From NCBI GenBank assembly GCA_964035545.1, contig OZ037766.1, positions 16,854,722-16,918,721 of the forward strand: a DNA stretch of 64,000 nucleotides, read 5' to 3'. This stretch comes from Bugula neritina. Taxonomy: Eukaryota > Animalia > Bryozoa. The position numbers were made by a program, and so were the translations under genes. How positions within the stretch are numbered: position 1 is the stretch's first letter; each line of letters starts with the position of its first letter. This document shows, piece by piece, positions 20,975-35,400 of this stretch. The notes under the pieces are model-generated. The model ran no database searches and was not told the origin of the DNA. It saw only the letters and a program-made list of their open reading frames with translations.

Positions 20975-22336
20975 CACTGAGACTAGCTGAGATAAACTGC
21001 TGATGCTAACATGTTAGCTTACCTTTAAATTGTGTTCCAAATGTTCCTTTTTATTGAAGTTTCAGTTTTATTTTTCAGATATATAATGTAGTTTCCATCC
21101 AATATGAAAATTCCAAAAATACTTTTTTCCAACTATTCATGCTTATGCAATAGAGAAATATAAATCTTTTCTAGTGGGTTATAATTTTGTAAGAATGTTG
21201 TATTTCCTTTTTTGGTGATGCTATTGTCAAATCACTATTTTTATCTTCTACGTTAATTCCTCATATGTTAGTATTCTTTGAATGTTGTTTAAGTTATACA
21301 TATAATAAGTTATGAGCCACCTGCAATATAGGATTATGAATATAATTACTGAACATTTGCAATTTATTTTAATTGCATTACATTGAATAATCTATTAAAT
21401 TTAATTTTTGACTTGAAAACCACTATTTATTGTTCAAGCTTTTCATTGTTTTGTTTTTTTTTCAAACAATATATTTAGCCTTAGCATTATAATACTTATG
21501 CTAATTAATAATTGGAGGTTGGAATAGCATTATAACCTAAGTATTTTAGTAGTGATTCAAGTTTTTAGATTGCTGCCACTTTTTAATAGCTTTTTATATA
21601 TAAATAAGCTCTTTGTTTTATGACACCTTCTCAGAAAAATTACTTTAATATTTGCAAAGAATGAAATTGAAATCTAAAATTTGTATTGCATGTTTTTTGT
21701 TTTTGATTTATAAGTAATTAACAGCTGCTTAGTTATAATACAATTTTCTTGCAATATATATTTATACATTTATAAAGTAGAAACATGATATATTTAAAAT
21801 GATTATTAAATATTAGTTCTGCCATTTGATGAGGAATCGAAAAAAATAACTGTGGACTTTATTGCTCAATGGAAGACAGGATGAAAACTTGCAATAGAAC
21901 TTTAATGTCTTTCAAACATTGATTAGTAAATTAATCTTGGAATGGAAAATAGGAAAATTTTTACAATTCAATTAGCTAATGGAGTACACTTAGCCATTCG
22001 GAAAAAATTGTTTACTTGATGCATAATGGAAAAAATGAAAATATTTTGTAATGGCATGATTAATGCATGTTTTTCCTAAAGCTCATTAGCTAATCCTCTA
22101 GTGACAAGTGATTCTATCACAATGTGTGATGGAACAAATAATATTCTATATCTCAATACCCTAATGTAGTTTATTAATAGTTACATTATAACTCTGTTGT
22201 CTGAATAAAATAACAAAAAGTTTCAATAATTATAGTTTTGTTTCTTTAAAGATAGAATAAAATACAATAAAAAGCTATTGGTATAACACTAAACGACATT
22301 TTACAGTATAAAGATGTATCTGAACCTGAAACCTTA

Positions 22337-22682
22337 AGCCTAGGGCCACACGGTGCGTATTTTCGCCTGCGAAAATTGAAATCACAAGTAGCAAAGGTGT
22401 CCACTGTGCGCGTTGAGAAAACCTTCCCACTTGTCGCTCAGCATTTTCAACGCAAGTGCGAATCGTCTCTGTCGTCGTCACCTAATTGGCTGGTAGTTAT
22501 TCAGCGAGCCCAATTTCTTTATTTTAGTGCTACATTCCAGTAATTTGCGTTTTATTGAAAGCGAGTGCGATTTAAAAATGAAAGCTTTATTTATCACGCA
22601 TCACTGACGCTACAGTGGACACCTTTGCTACTTGTGATTTCAATTTTCGCATGCGAAAATACGCACAGTGTGACCCTAGGCT
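22337..22682. mobile_element. MITE with ~70-bp near-perfect TIRs (Harbinger-like termini)
   Basis: AGCCTAGGGCCACACGGTGCGTATTTTCGCCTGCGAAAATTGAAATCACAAGTAGCAAAGGTGTCCACTGT ... ACAGTGGACACCTTTGCTACTTGTGATTTCAATTTTCGCATGCGAAAATACGCACAGTGTGACCCTAGGCT; TA on both flanks. Confidence 0.88.
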
Positions 22683-22957
22683 TACTTAACTAAAAGCTGC
22701 ACAAAATCAAAAATAAAATCTTTACAGCTGCATGCGCTTCAACACAGCATAGAAGGCTATGCCCACTGCATGTGCTGTGTTAATAGGTACTGTATGCTGT
22801 ATTGAAAGTTAAGTTTTATGCTGTCTTATTAAACTAACCCTAGTTTCTTGGCAATTGAATTTTAAATCTGATCATTATACCTTCTGCACATCAGTTTACA
22901 TTATAGTCTCCATGTTGTTGCATGTAAGGACCTTGTACAGTTAAAATATTTCAGCAA

Positions 22958-23921
22958 TTATGAATAGATAAAAGATGGCAAATCTCTCTCTGCGGCCCAT
23001 TCATTTAATACCCTATCAAACTGCTCGTTACCACTAACTGTGAAGTAGTTCTTCCAGTCTCCAACTTTACCTGTAAGTTAAAGTAATAAAAGGCAACCTT
23101 TATTTTTACATTTTGATTTTATAATTGAAGAAATAAATTATGTATAATTTTCAAAAGTTGAACCTATAGCACAAACAATTGATTTTTATCCGTCAAATTA
23201 TGAACCTAAGATCTAAAAAGATTGCACTCAAAATGTTCACTTGAGACAGTAAATTAGACTATTAGTTCAATAACCAAATGTGAAATAAAAGAAAGTTGCT
23301 ATTGCTAATTAAATTTTACTAATATTAAAATGCAAAAGTGATTATTAAAATAATTAGTACTTAGATCTAGAATGCAAGTCAAACCTTTTCTGAACACTTC
23401 TGCTGCAACTTCTTTTTTGGCATCCAAGAACTGTAAACAGCAAAACAAGATTGAAAAAATATAAGCAACTAACTGATATTGCACACTTACACAGGACACA
23501 CAACACATACAACGTACACACACAGCACACGAAGCACACAACACACACCACATACACTATCCATACAACTTTCACAACATGCATAATGCACACATAACAG
23601 CACAACACGCATTAGTACATTACATAATGCCATAATCTTATGTAGGTGCTGAGTATTATAGGAGTAAAGCTATTAAACAACAGTTAAGAACAAACCACTC
23701 CAAACTTTTCTCCAAGACCATCCATACTGCTAGCTTTTCCTTTCCTCATTTTGTCTATATCTGCGGCAGCAGCTATTTGATGGATTAGTTCATCACCTCT
23801 GTCGGTTCCCATAAATTCATTGATTTTCTGTATCGTTGAAAATGCATTCTGGAACAGGAAGATGAGATATTGAAAAGATTCAAATGTAGTTTCATAGTAT
23901 CAAATAGATCTACACACACAT

Positions 23922-23953
<32 letters not shown>

Positions 23954-26900
23954 ACGCACACGCACACGCACACGCACACGCACACGCACACACACACACA
24001 CACACACGAATGCTACAGTTTCTATTCATCATTACTAACCCATACCTTTATGGAGTGAATAATGACCATGAAAGAGCAAAAAATACAGGTATGAGAGCAC
24101 AAAATAGAGACATGAGGCTAATGATGAGCCTAGAAGAGAGAGAAGTAACAGCACGAGACTAAATAATATACCTTAGAGCACGAAAATGAGGGTATGAGAG
24201 CAAATTATAGACCTATGGGAGCGTTTTGTGGGCATATAAAAAAGAATACTAGCTAGATACTTTATTGTAAGCATATGAGATACAATAATGAGTGAATATT
24301 TGACCATTTGGCACTCAATATACTTTTGCTTTCAACCAGAGTAAAAGATAGCATATTTTAGAAGTGTTAACTAGTGCTATTGAATAACTATTATATTATA
24401 TTAAAGTTATCTTTATACAAATTTAAATGTTGGTTACATCATTGCTGTTTGTTGGAAATTTCCAACTACACATAATATGACTATTGGGCTAAATATTAAA
24501 ATTTCCTGTTATACAAAACTTTTTAATTGATGCAAGCACAATAGTGTATTGCATCAATTAATTATGTAGATGTCGAAATAAATGCTTCTGTTGTTAAGGA
24601 TTGTTTGCAGCATCGGTAATTTTCCGATCTATTAGCAATTTTATGCAACCTAAAAAAATCCCTAACAAAATAAAAAACACTTATTTCATTTATTTAGTTC
24701 ATATATACAGATATTCATTATGGTCATAACCATTATTACTATTTCACACAAAACAAACCTCTACATTACTGTACACACTTTATGTTTGAAAAATAAACAA
24801 ATCAAAGTAGTATAAAATGTCAAATGGCTCAAAAATCTCTCCTTTATAACATTCACCTCTAGGTATATGCTTGTTATGTATGTTTTTTATGTGCAAGCTT
24901 ATAGGGGGTTTATTTTTACGATAATTCAAGTAACAGTTACTTCACAGTCTAGAATCTAGATTATCTATACTCATAAGGAAACTTAACTTGATTCCCCACT
25001 GCACTAGTCATCAGTAAATTTCCAAGACCATCCTTTATAGCTTTTGCAATCCAGCAATATCTCATCACTAAACGTGCTCCAATGGAGCATTCACATAAAT
25101 GCTCACAAAAAGTTTCCATAAATTTATAATTTTTTGGAATACCCCCAATAATCGTGCATATTGGTCTATTAGCTAGCTATTTGATACTTGATAATGTATA
25201 AGCTATACAAACAGCAACTCATGATGGCTTACAAACAAGTCATTTAATATAATATTTAGCTTATAGTAGTTTGTAGACTTTGTAAAATAGTTATGTTAAG
25301 AGTTACCTTCCCTTTCAATATTGGTTACAGATAGAAGAGCTCAAACACTAAGAGATGAAGATATTGAAGGCAATCTCTTTCAAGATGGTCAATACTGGTG
25401 TGTACGTACATTTTTCAAGTTCATTATATCATTACATAAGGGAACTTTTATACATCTTACCAGCTTGATATCTTCAAAGAAAATAATCAATACATTTGAC
25501 TTGGTTCTCAGGCTCCACATGTACTCAATGAAATCAAAGTAGCTACCAAATGGCTGCTCTTTTGACCAAAAAGGACCAGCTACAAACTCTTCTAGAGTCA
25601 TCTGATTAAACATTGTACCAATTTCATGGTCAGGGATCATTTTGTTCAGCTAAAACATACATTTCAAAGAGTTCAAGAACAATAGCATAATGCTTGTTTA
25701 ACATATTGTATGTGATTGTAGTGATAAATTCTCTGCAATCCATCAGTAAAAATATCGTTTTCAATATCTAAGTTGTTTAGAGCAGTTTTTTTCATGAGCG
25801 TAAAGCTCCTGGTTACGTTGCAAAATATTCATGATTTACACAACAGTCATTTAAAACTGGTACAATGCTTGTCTGTACTCAATAGCAATGCTTGTTCTAT
25901 TTTTTACACTTTATTATAAGCAGGATTGAGGTTAGCTGCAAATCACTGTAAAAAATTAAGTTAACTTAGCTAAATTGCAAGATGTTGAAAAACTGATACA
26001 TCATGTATTAACCATATTGTCACACCTTATCAATTCATATTTTAGGAAAATTGCAATTCCTGTATTATGCAGGATATATAGTAAAAACTCATGCATAATT
26101 TACTAAAACAGACTTACTAGTTTAGACATATGAAAGTAAAATGACACTGCTACATCCTTCGGATTCCTCATCACTATATCAAATAAACATTATCATATAT
26201 GAACTATAAAATAAATCAGGCATGCTAATGTATTATGTCCGCCAATAATGTATTTATCTGCCTAATAAATTATACTTGTCGTCACCAACATAACTTGTTA
26301 TTTGGAGTTTAATTTAACCAACTTTACAAATAAAGTCAACTGACTTAACTTGCTAGTGGATGTGTGTCAATTGTTTATGTTTTATGTATAGGTAATAGTT
26401 ATTATGCAGACTCATACTGAAAAAGTTCTTCTTCAATTACTATATAATTTGCTTTTTTAGCACAGCATATTGAAATTTAATTGTAAATAAAAACTACTTC
26501 ATCAGCATTATCAAAGAAAAATAAAAGACTATAATAGACATTGCAGCTTTCCAAAATCATAAATTAATAAAATCATTTCCTTAAAAACATTTGCTATTTC
26601 AAAGCAAATCATAAATATTATGTATTATCTATAAAATATATTTGATAATAACGCACAAAAGTAAATATATAACGTTGTAGAAATTTGGCAAGCACTTTAT
26701 CGAACATAACACATTTATAGCAGATATGCCATATGCACTAATATTCCTCACTTATAATTCTGTATGTTTTTATATATGGTGTTTTGCATAAATTGTATTT
26801 TGTCAGCATTAAGAAAAAATTTAAAAATTTAACTTTACATAAAATTTGTAATAAAACTTTTGGCTATAAAATACATAATACATACTAGATAGGTTAGGCT

Positions 26901-28158
26901 TTCACATTTACAGCAGACAATTACACTGATCATTTATTCATAACCAAACTTCCAAGGATTTTGATATAGAATTATAAATTAGTCAAGGTAAACAGGTTAG
27001 CAGCTACAGCTGTATTACTTGTATATTAAATATAAATATAGGTATTCTGTGTTCAACATACCAACAACAGTTTTTCCTTTTCTGAACTCTGCTGGTAGCA
27101 CATCTGTTCTGTAATGTGTGTTCAACACTCTAGGAGAAGGGAATTCCTTGTCAGCTCTATTCACAGGGCAGAAATCTAACATACAGCCAATTTTGCTGAT
27201 TGTAGTGTAGTCCGCTGAGCCTTTTAACAACATTGTCATTATTTCCCAAACTAGATGAGCTCCTATAATGATTTATATTTGTGAGTAAAACTGCGGAAGA
27301 GTTTAGACTTTTAATTCAGCAATGCAAAAGATTTCATTCAATCAGGGAATTTTAAAGACATGTGTTCCACCTTAATAATTTTCAGACAAAATAAGCTTTT
27401 TTTAAATTTATATTTTTTTCTTCTATTTTAATAACCTGACCAGTACTTAAAACTACATATATCTTATAGCACACTAGTTTTAGATGATCACTTATTTTGT
27501 TTTGTTTTTAACTAAAACTTGAAATTGCTGCTGTTTCCAATTATACCTTTATATGTCATTAACACAGACATTATGAGAATGTTAGTTTTTACATGAGCAT
27601 TCAATTTCCTGAGAACTAAGCTCTGGTGCTAAACCTTATCACATGCTAAATAGACGTATGCTTTTTTAAGAATATGAAGAAGAGGAACGGCTAGATACTT
27701 TTTTGTGAGCATATGTGAGATAAACTGATGAGTGAATGTTTGACTATCTGGCACTCCAGACTATATATCAGCCCATTTAAAATACCTAAGATTTCAGAGC
27801 CAATGATTTATTTTGAGGGACAATGAAATATATAGCCTTGCAAAGCTAATTCAAAGAGAAGTGGCAATAAAACTAAACTAAAAATATATTTTATATTCAT
27901 AAACTATATGCCCATAATTTATGTGACTTCAAGTTTTGATTGAGTGTTTGAAATGCTGGTAGCACCAAACTAACCATTTTTAGGGTAACTGACTAACAGG
28001 AAGTCTTCATCCCGCCATTTGTATGCATTTAGCTGCTCCACTATTTCTTTAAACGTCTGCTTGTCATCTTTTGATCCCATCATTTCTGACATAGCCACCA
28101 CCCTCACAGATCCATCATCACTAGTGAAAGAAAGCTTGTTGGTGTCTGGCTCACTCAT
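22958..28158 (-). CDS. Cytosolic sulfotransferase, paralog A (313 aa, 7 coding exons)
   Basis: Exons 28158-27975, 27262-27062, 26173-26118, 25649-25461, 23848-23696, 23430-23385 and 23070-22958 give 942 nt in frame. Motifs SYPKNGAHL, PRVLNTHY, RNPKDVAVSFYFH, FFEDIK and FRKGKVGDWKNYFTVSGNE. Confidence 0.95.
23911..24007. repeat. (CA)n/(CACACG)n microsatellite
   Basis: Direct inspection. Confidence 0.95.
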
Positions 28159-28599
28159 TGTATGCAGTGAATGGGTCTGAAACATATTAAGAATTATTTG
28201 AAAGACATGGCTGGGAGGACAACTCCTCTCACAATTATTATACCTGCTACTATGAGGGTAACAAGGAGTCTATTTTTACTAACCAACGAGCACAAGCCTT
28301 TTTTAACTTTATCATACATAAAATACAGCTTTTTATATTGCAACAGGAAATCCTAAGTAAATTTTGTTATAAGTTTTAGCGAGTTACAACTCCTTGAAGT
28401 ACGATATTTCTGACTCTGGCTCACAGTTGAGTGAAGTGAATATCTGCATGAAGTACTGGCTCAGTACATTCCCTATCTAACAACTTTCAGTAAGAAAATT
28501 GTTTTTAAAGCAAAACTCTAATACCCCAACAAGAGAAATATTCAATACCCATAAAATGTTGAAAAATAATTATAAACCATTTTATATCTGCATGAAAAG

Positions 28600-28796
28600 G
28601 AAGCAGTTGTAGTGTAGGGATTAGAACGTTTGCTTAGTAAGCACGAATTCATGGGACCGACAAAGGCCATTGGTGATGTTAGAAAAAGCATAAAGTCATA
28701 ATTGCTCCTGCGCCTCATCTGAATAAGTCCTTAGCCCAATTTAACAAAAACCTCTTCCATCAGGGGTTTTCTCACAGGGATGGTGACTATAAACTT
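28600..28796 (+). mobile_element. tRNA-derived SINE, decayed copy
   Basis: Shares AAAGGCCATTG.TGATGTTA...AGTCATAATTGCTCC...CCTTAGCCC...TTCCATCAGGGGTTT.CTCACAGGGAT with the minus-strand copy at 42757-42963. Confidence 0.75.
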
Positions 28797-30669
28797 TTGT
28801 GAGTTTTAATATCTGTATAAAAATATACTACTAATAAAAAAGATATTGGTTACCATGAGTCAACATCTGAAATTGATTAATTACCCAACAGAGCAAAAGG
28901 ATAATGTGCTGATGATGAATAGAATTTTATTATTTCTCTAGTTTGCTTATATATGCATACCAAGAATATATGTTTTTTGTTTTCTGACTGCATAAATCCC
29001 ACACATTTCAACAACTTAGCAATCATGAGTAACATCAATTATCCATTATGTCACAAGCAAGATTAGGTTTGGTGATAGAGTTGTCTCTCCTTTAAACTAT
29101 TTAACACGAATGTTGTTTTACTTCATATATTATGATTTGATTATTATTTTAAGCTCGATGTAGTTGTTATTTCATTAAAAGTTGTATTTATGTTCAGTCA
29201 TGCATATGTCATCTTCTATAAATTACTGTCTTATATACCCATACAGTCTATGTTGGATTACACAAAACTCAAAGATCTGCAAGTAACCTGTACTCCAATG
29301 AAATATTTAAGATTAGTTGGATAATTTCAGGCATGGAAAGGTATTTGACATTTCAGTGCTACATAAACCTCACATTGAAATAATATGACAATTCATCTAC
29401 TATGTTATACACATAATACAATGTTGCATATTTTTGCATATGCCAATAATATACTCTCAAATCTGGATCATTTGCAGTTATTAGCATTTCATAGTTTCTT
29501 TTATTCCATGATCACCATATGAAAAAACATCATAATAATTAACTTTACAATTTATGTAGATCATAACCTTATCATGCTTTCGTTTTGCTATGATAGTAAT
29601 AAATTTGCTTTGAAATAAATACTTTGTGCTGTTTTTGGATAACATTGGCATTTTGCATACTTCATAATTTATCTTCTGATAATATTCCTATTGTGCTTTA
29701 CATTTATGTACCTCACGGAAAAAACCACTTAGTTCCGCCCAAGAGATCTTCTAAACTTATTTAATACTGATCTTTTTGGGAGAAAAGTTATTATCTATAT
29801 CTATATCTATATGTTAAAACTAATCTCAACACAATAGCCACCATGTAAATAAATTCACATAGCCTACTTACAATTATACTGAAAAGGAGATTCTGTAATA
29901 TAGTCCACAGCAACCAACCTGTAGCTAAGCTGTTTATGAAAGACTGAGCTGTGTATAAGGAGTATAACATAATATAAGTAGATGTTTAGTGACCTGGAAC
30001 TGACATACTGACATACATAACTAATGATACTTGATGCGGTTTGTGCTTTTGTATGTGTAAATACTATATTCTTATTAACAATTGAATCTTTACTAATGCT
30101 AATAAATCATACTTACCTGGAAGTTAGCAGAAAGAAATTAATTGAGTTTAAGTAGAACATAAAAGGCATTCCCCGGAGGACAATGTCAGTAGTTATAAGA
30201 TGAATGGGATGCTATCCTGGCTTTGTAAAATAAAACTAAACAGCGTTTACTTTTCTAAATGCTTTGTAATCAATTGAACTCAACCTTACTTTTGTACTTT
30301 TATGAGTATAATTTAGCAGCATTTCAATACTTTAGGAAGCAGCTCCATGAGAACACTTTACTATTGTTATCTTTTCAGTATGTGGGTTAGTGTGCAATCA
30401 AGTGACTTTCTAACATGTAAGCTAAATCAACTCCACAAGTGAGATTCAGGTTACAATAATATATTTTGTACAATGATACACAATCCAAATACATCAATAA
30501 CTACTCAGCACAATGTTTACAGTTTACCAGACTACTCCTAACTGACTGTTACGCGGGAAGTCACAGCTACTAATTATAGTTCATGATTCCTATTGGCCGG
30601 TTGCTGTCTCGGGTCATCTTCTTAATATACTTAGTGACCCCGTGCTGCACTTAGAAGAAAATTAACATT

Positions 30670-30690
30670 CCCCCCCCCCCCCCCCCCCCC
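30670..30690. repeat. Poly(C)21 tract
   Basis: Direct inspection. Confidence 0.95.
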
Positions 30691-31023
30691 GTTTGTTACG
30701 ATGGTAGCTCCACGAGCCACCACAGTCCACACTATTCACCAAGTATTCACACATATGATCTAGGTCTACTTCACTTTATAGTCAATTTACTTTTCAGCAC
30801 TTAGAGCATATAACTTATTGCATGTTAGAATAAGCAACTCTAGCAATTGAAACTGTATGAATGGTCAAGTGTGGCTAATTTGAAAATGCCATCAAAGTCC
30901 TTGTAAAGGCCTCAAAACTGTTTTAATATTTGCTTTGTTATCTTCAAAAAATAACAAAATAACCCCATCTTATAATCAGCCTATTGTTTCTTGGAAAAAG
31001 CTTATGCATACTAGGGGTTATTA

Positions 31024-31445
31024 CCTTTTTCCAATGTCCCTGATCCTTAATTTATATTTAGAAGTTGTGCCCCCTAGCAGTGATCTCGATTAACCGCGGT
31101 ATGAAGAGCTACTTCAAAAAAAAACCTTCGAGTTTGACTGCTACACAACCACTGCAACTGCAACACTACTCATAAAACAAGTAACTCCAAAAATACTTTC
31201 AAGCTTTCTTGTGAAAATTTGCTATGAAGAAATGTATTTCCATTTTTAATGGCTAATACGTGTGCTATAATCACCACAAAATATGTATTCCCCAATGAAA
31301 AAATTTTATAACATAGTTTGTATTTTGTGTAGCAGTCAAACTTTAAGATTTCCATAGGGTGGCTATTGATACTGAGGTTAAATGAGATCACTGCTAGGGG
31401 GCATGACCTCTAACTATAAATTGAGTATCAGGGACGGTAAAAAGG
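31024..31445. mobile_element. MITE-like element with ~62-bp imperfect TIRs
   Basis: 31024-31087 (...GCCCCCTAGCAGTGATCTC) is the imperfect reverse complement of 31384-31445 (GAGATCACTGCTAGGGGGC...). No clear TSD. Confidence 0.7.
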
Positions 31446-32454
31446 ATCTATTGCAAACCATTTGCAACTTACCCATTCATTGGCAAGTTTTATAGGCTGG
31501 ATTTCGGAAAGAAAAAATGTCAAATGTGAAAGAAGGGAATAGAAGTGGCAGAAAGGCCTATGATAATTGCTAGTAGCTTTGTATGAGCAAGATAGTAATA
31601 TTGTATTAGCGAGTGAGCTGCTATGTATTTGCTTGATGGTCATAATCACGCCAGCTAATATTCACCGTGTGAGGCTTCTAATCTGTCACTAGATGATGAT
31701 TGGGCAATGTTTTATGCAGCATGACATGGCTTATCTCTGTCCTAGTTTGCCATCCTATTTTTTGGCAACCATTCACATGTGTTGAAGTGTATAGGGTGGT
31801 ACTAAGTATTAACTAGTAAAGAAGAAAGCTTTCCAACAGTGTCAAAGTACTCGCAGTCCTACTTCATAGCTTTATAAAACAGGTAAAGTGGAAATGAATA
31901 CTTAATAAAAAGTCTAAGCCTATTTGTAATATAATATAGTTCTAAGTACTGGTGTATGCTAGTTTATATGTTTGACAAACCTAACATTTACATTTTATAA
32001 TGTGTATTTGTAACATTTGTAATGGTCAACTAGTGGACGTTGTTTCTTATAGGTAGTTCAATATTAACATATAGTGTATAGATTGTACTTGATCAAATAC
32101 AGCACTTGTGCTGCTCACAAACCAGTGGAGTAATAACGTTATAGCATTCAGTTACATCTTTTTACGCACAGTAGATACTTTTGTACTCCAACCTAAGCTA
32201 CATGTATATATTTTTACTTCTCATAAATAAGTTTTTGGAGCATTAAAGGATAATGGAAAACTGCGCTGCCTACAAACAAAAGATATTGATGGATTGATTA
32301 TGCCCAGAATTCTCAACTTGTAACTTCACTAAAAAACATTGATTAATGAGTTCACAAATCAGAGTTGCAGTCAATTCCAACTCTTTATATTCAATTTCAT
32401 ATTCAATTGCTTCGTCAAATTATCTTATCATTCAATAGCAGAGCTATCTCTAAG

Positions 32455-35400
32455 ATGGCAGGCAGCTACCTAACTAATGATGATAACACATTCAGAGTTA
32501 AAACTCTCTATGAGTTTGGAAAAGGGTCTGCTGAAGATGATGAACAACATGGAAGAGATGTGATTGATGCTCTTAATAAGTACAAGTGGGATGATAGAGA
32601 TTTTCTTTTACAAAGTTATCCAAAAAATGGTGAGTTTAGTACAGGTTTGTTGGCAAACTTCTCTCGCACTCATGCAAGTTTTTGGTCGCTATCCCTGTGA
32701 AAATCCTCTGATGAAAACATGTTTTTTTTTGTTAATTTGGGCTAAGGACTCATTCAGATAAAGCACAGGATCAATTATGACTGGCAAGCTCCATTTACTG
32801 TTAATCTTTTTTCAGATTTACTAACTAATTACCACTGTAGCCTATATTGGTTAGTGAATGTGGGTAACTAGTAGGTACAAAATAACCTGATTGGTCCAAC
32901 CAGCAACAGGCAGGTTCCTGAGCCATGACAACTTAATTTGGAATTGATATCAATCAAAATTCTTCACTTCTTATAAGCCAATAACCCTTTTAGTAGATTC
33001 AATAACAAAGGATCAAAATAACCCATCGTAAGATTGAGTAGCTAATAAGGTAAAGACATACAAGTTACAAGCCTAAATTGTTTCAATTTAATCTTGACTC
33101 ATTCAGTTATGGACTATTGAGATAAGAACGGCCAATAGATTATGTGCTCATTTTTAGATTAGAGCTGCTAATATTATAAAGAAGGTACTTTTGAAAAGCG
33201 GTTCTGTTTTGAGGTTTTATTAGGAAAAAACTTTAATTCCTCTTTGTCAAATATTGTCCGCTCTGCAAGTATAAAGTATGAATGACTTTCTCAAACTGTA
33301 TACAAAACACGCAGATTGTAGAGAGAACCTTGGCAACTTATAGTTTTTAAATCAACAGTAAATATTGAAACCATGCAGTTTAATGCATGTCAGCAGTAAC
33401 AGATATAGCAGAGCTTAGCTAAAAGTTGCTATAAGGAACATGCAGGATTAACAACTGGCAGGATTATTTATAACACATATTACAGATTTAGTCTACTGCT
33501 AGGTGCTTTAAAACTGCTCTTTAAAGTTGAAATTTGCAATCAATGAGCATTTGATTATTTATAGCATTTGTTCTTTCTTCCACCAAGTATTAAGCTGGAC
33601 AATATTCAGAAGTAGTTGTATGCTATTATTACCCACATGGTATCGGTAATGGCTAATGATGACTATCTCAGAACTTTGCGCCACTAATTATAGCAGTTAG
33701 CGTAGCTCAATATAAATATTTATCTTATTCTTCATTGCTATTCAAATTACTCTAAAATTTAATTTTGTAAATAATTGTAAATAATTGCCTGTCTAATTTG
33801 AGAAATGAAGTAAATGACCATATATAGCCATATTTTATGTAGCAAAATTTGATACTTTCCTAGTTTCACTTTTGATGACTTTAAACCAATTTTAAAACCC
33901 ATCACAAACTGTTTGGCTATAGCTACTACACTGCCTTCTATGGAAGCATTACTCTTCTTTGATATATAGAATAACACTCAACAATTCATTGTAAATTTGT
34001 TCCTAAATATCAGCTTGTATAACAAAACTGATCTTGATGTTGGAAAGTTCAGTTTTTCCTTGGCACTCTCTAGAATGTTAATAGTTATTTTGATAACATA
34101 GACTTTATTTTTTACTGCATTCAGGAGCTCATATAACCTGGGAGATAATGAATATGCTGTTGCGAGGAAATGCGGAGTATATCAAAGAGTCTAAGATGTA
34201 CTGCATGATTGGAATAACACCTGTCACTCGATCCTCCGAATGGTTTTCGTCGCCAAAAGTCATAAACACACATTACAGACTTGATGTCCTGCCAAAAGAG
34301 TTTAGAGGTCAAAAGACTGTTATAGGTACTGTTTAACATTAAATATACATTATTAAGTATAATATTTTCTAAATAATTCACATAAAGAAGCTTTTTTAAA
34401 AGAACTTTAAAATACAAACTCAGTCATAATCACTATAATTGCAATTCTAATTATAGCTGAACTGTAACATATGCTACAATAAAGTCACTAAACTTTAAAC
34501 TGATTATAACTGTTTTAAGTTGGTTGGTAAGTCTACTATTTTTGCATATGCTCAAATTTATAGAACATTTCTATAACAAAAATGGTAATCATGATTGCAT
34601 GTAGAACATAATATTTATTAATTGACTAATAATTCAATTTTTTTAAAATCAACTATTTTAATAATTTGAGTACATTTCTTCAAAATTGCTTTCATGGTTG
34701 ACGTAACTGTTTGTTTTGTTGCGACTTATTTGTAGGCGTTTATAAAGATGTGGATCCTATACTGATTTATTAGGTTGAATGAATTATACATAAAACATAG
34801 GATTTATATAGATACAATAAGTGGGAGGAGCTTATAATATAAGCAACTATTATATCAACAGTTCCCAACCTTTTTCATACTATTCCCAATTTCATATAAA
34901 TTTTTATTATTGATTTCCCCCCTTTCGCAAATCGAAAAATTTTAGGACTGACAATAATATATGATACAATGCAATATATTTTGTTTTGTTATATTTGAAT
35001 ATAATATAATTATCATAATAGTTGTATTATCGTTATTATTATGTTATAAAACACAGAGCAGTTCAATTATTAATGTTATGGCTGCAGCTGATGCTTTTGT
35101 GCCAGCTTTTTTAAGCCTATAAGCTCTGTTTTTGACCAGGCCCTCCTTAAGTCACTCTGCAGGTTTAGGCAGTTTCTCTTCTCTTCAATTGTTGAGAATC
35201 CTACCTCACACAGATAGGTGGTGCTAGATGGCAACAAAACTCTGCTTTTTCAGCTATGTGTGGGGAGAGTTTGATTTTAGGTAAAAATGGCACAGGTAAT
35301 AACGGCACAAATAGAAAAGTGGGTAGAAATAGCACATTTTCAATATTAGGATTGAAGATTTGGGGTGGAAGTTAGGAGTTTAGGATGTGGGTTTATGTTT

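Noticed and set aside
21105-21114. NF-kB-like site upstream of the IL-17-like gene
   Set aside because: TGAAAATTCC is only a partial match and likely by chance in AT-rich DNA.
27690-27760. CTGATGA as another hammerhead core
   Set aside because: No stem II or GAAA follows; it is part of a short dispersed repeat also seen at ~24250-24320.
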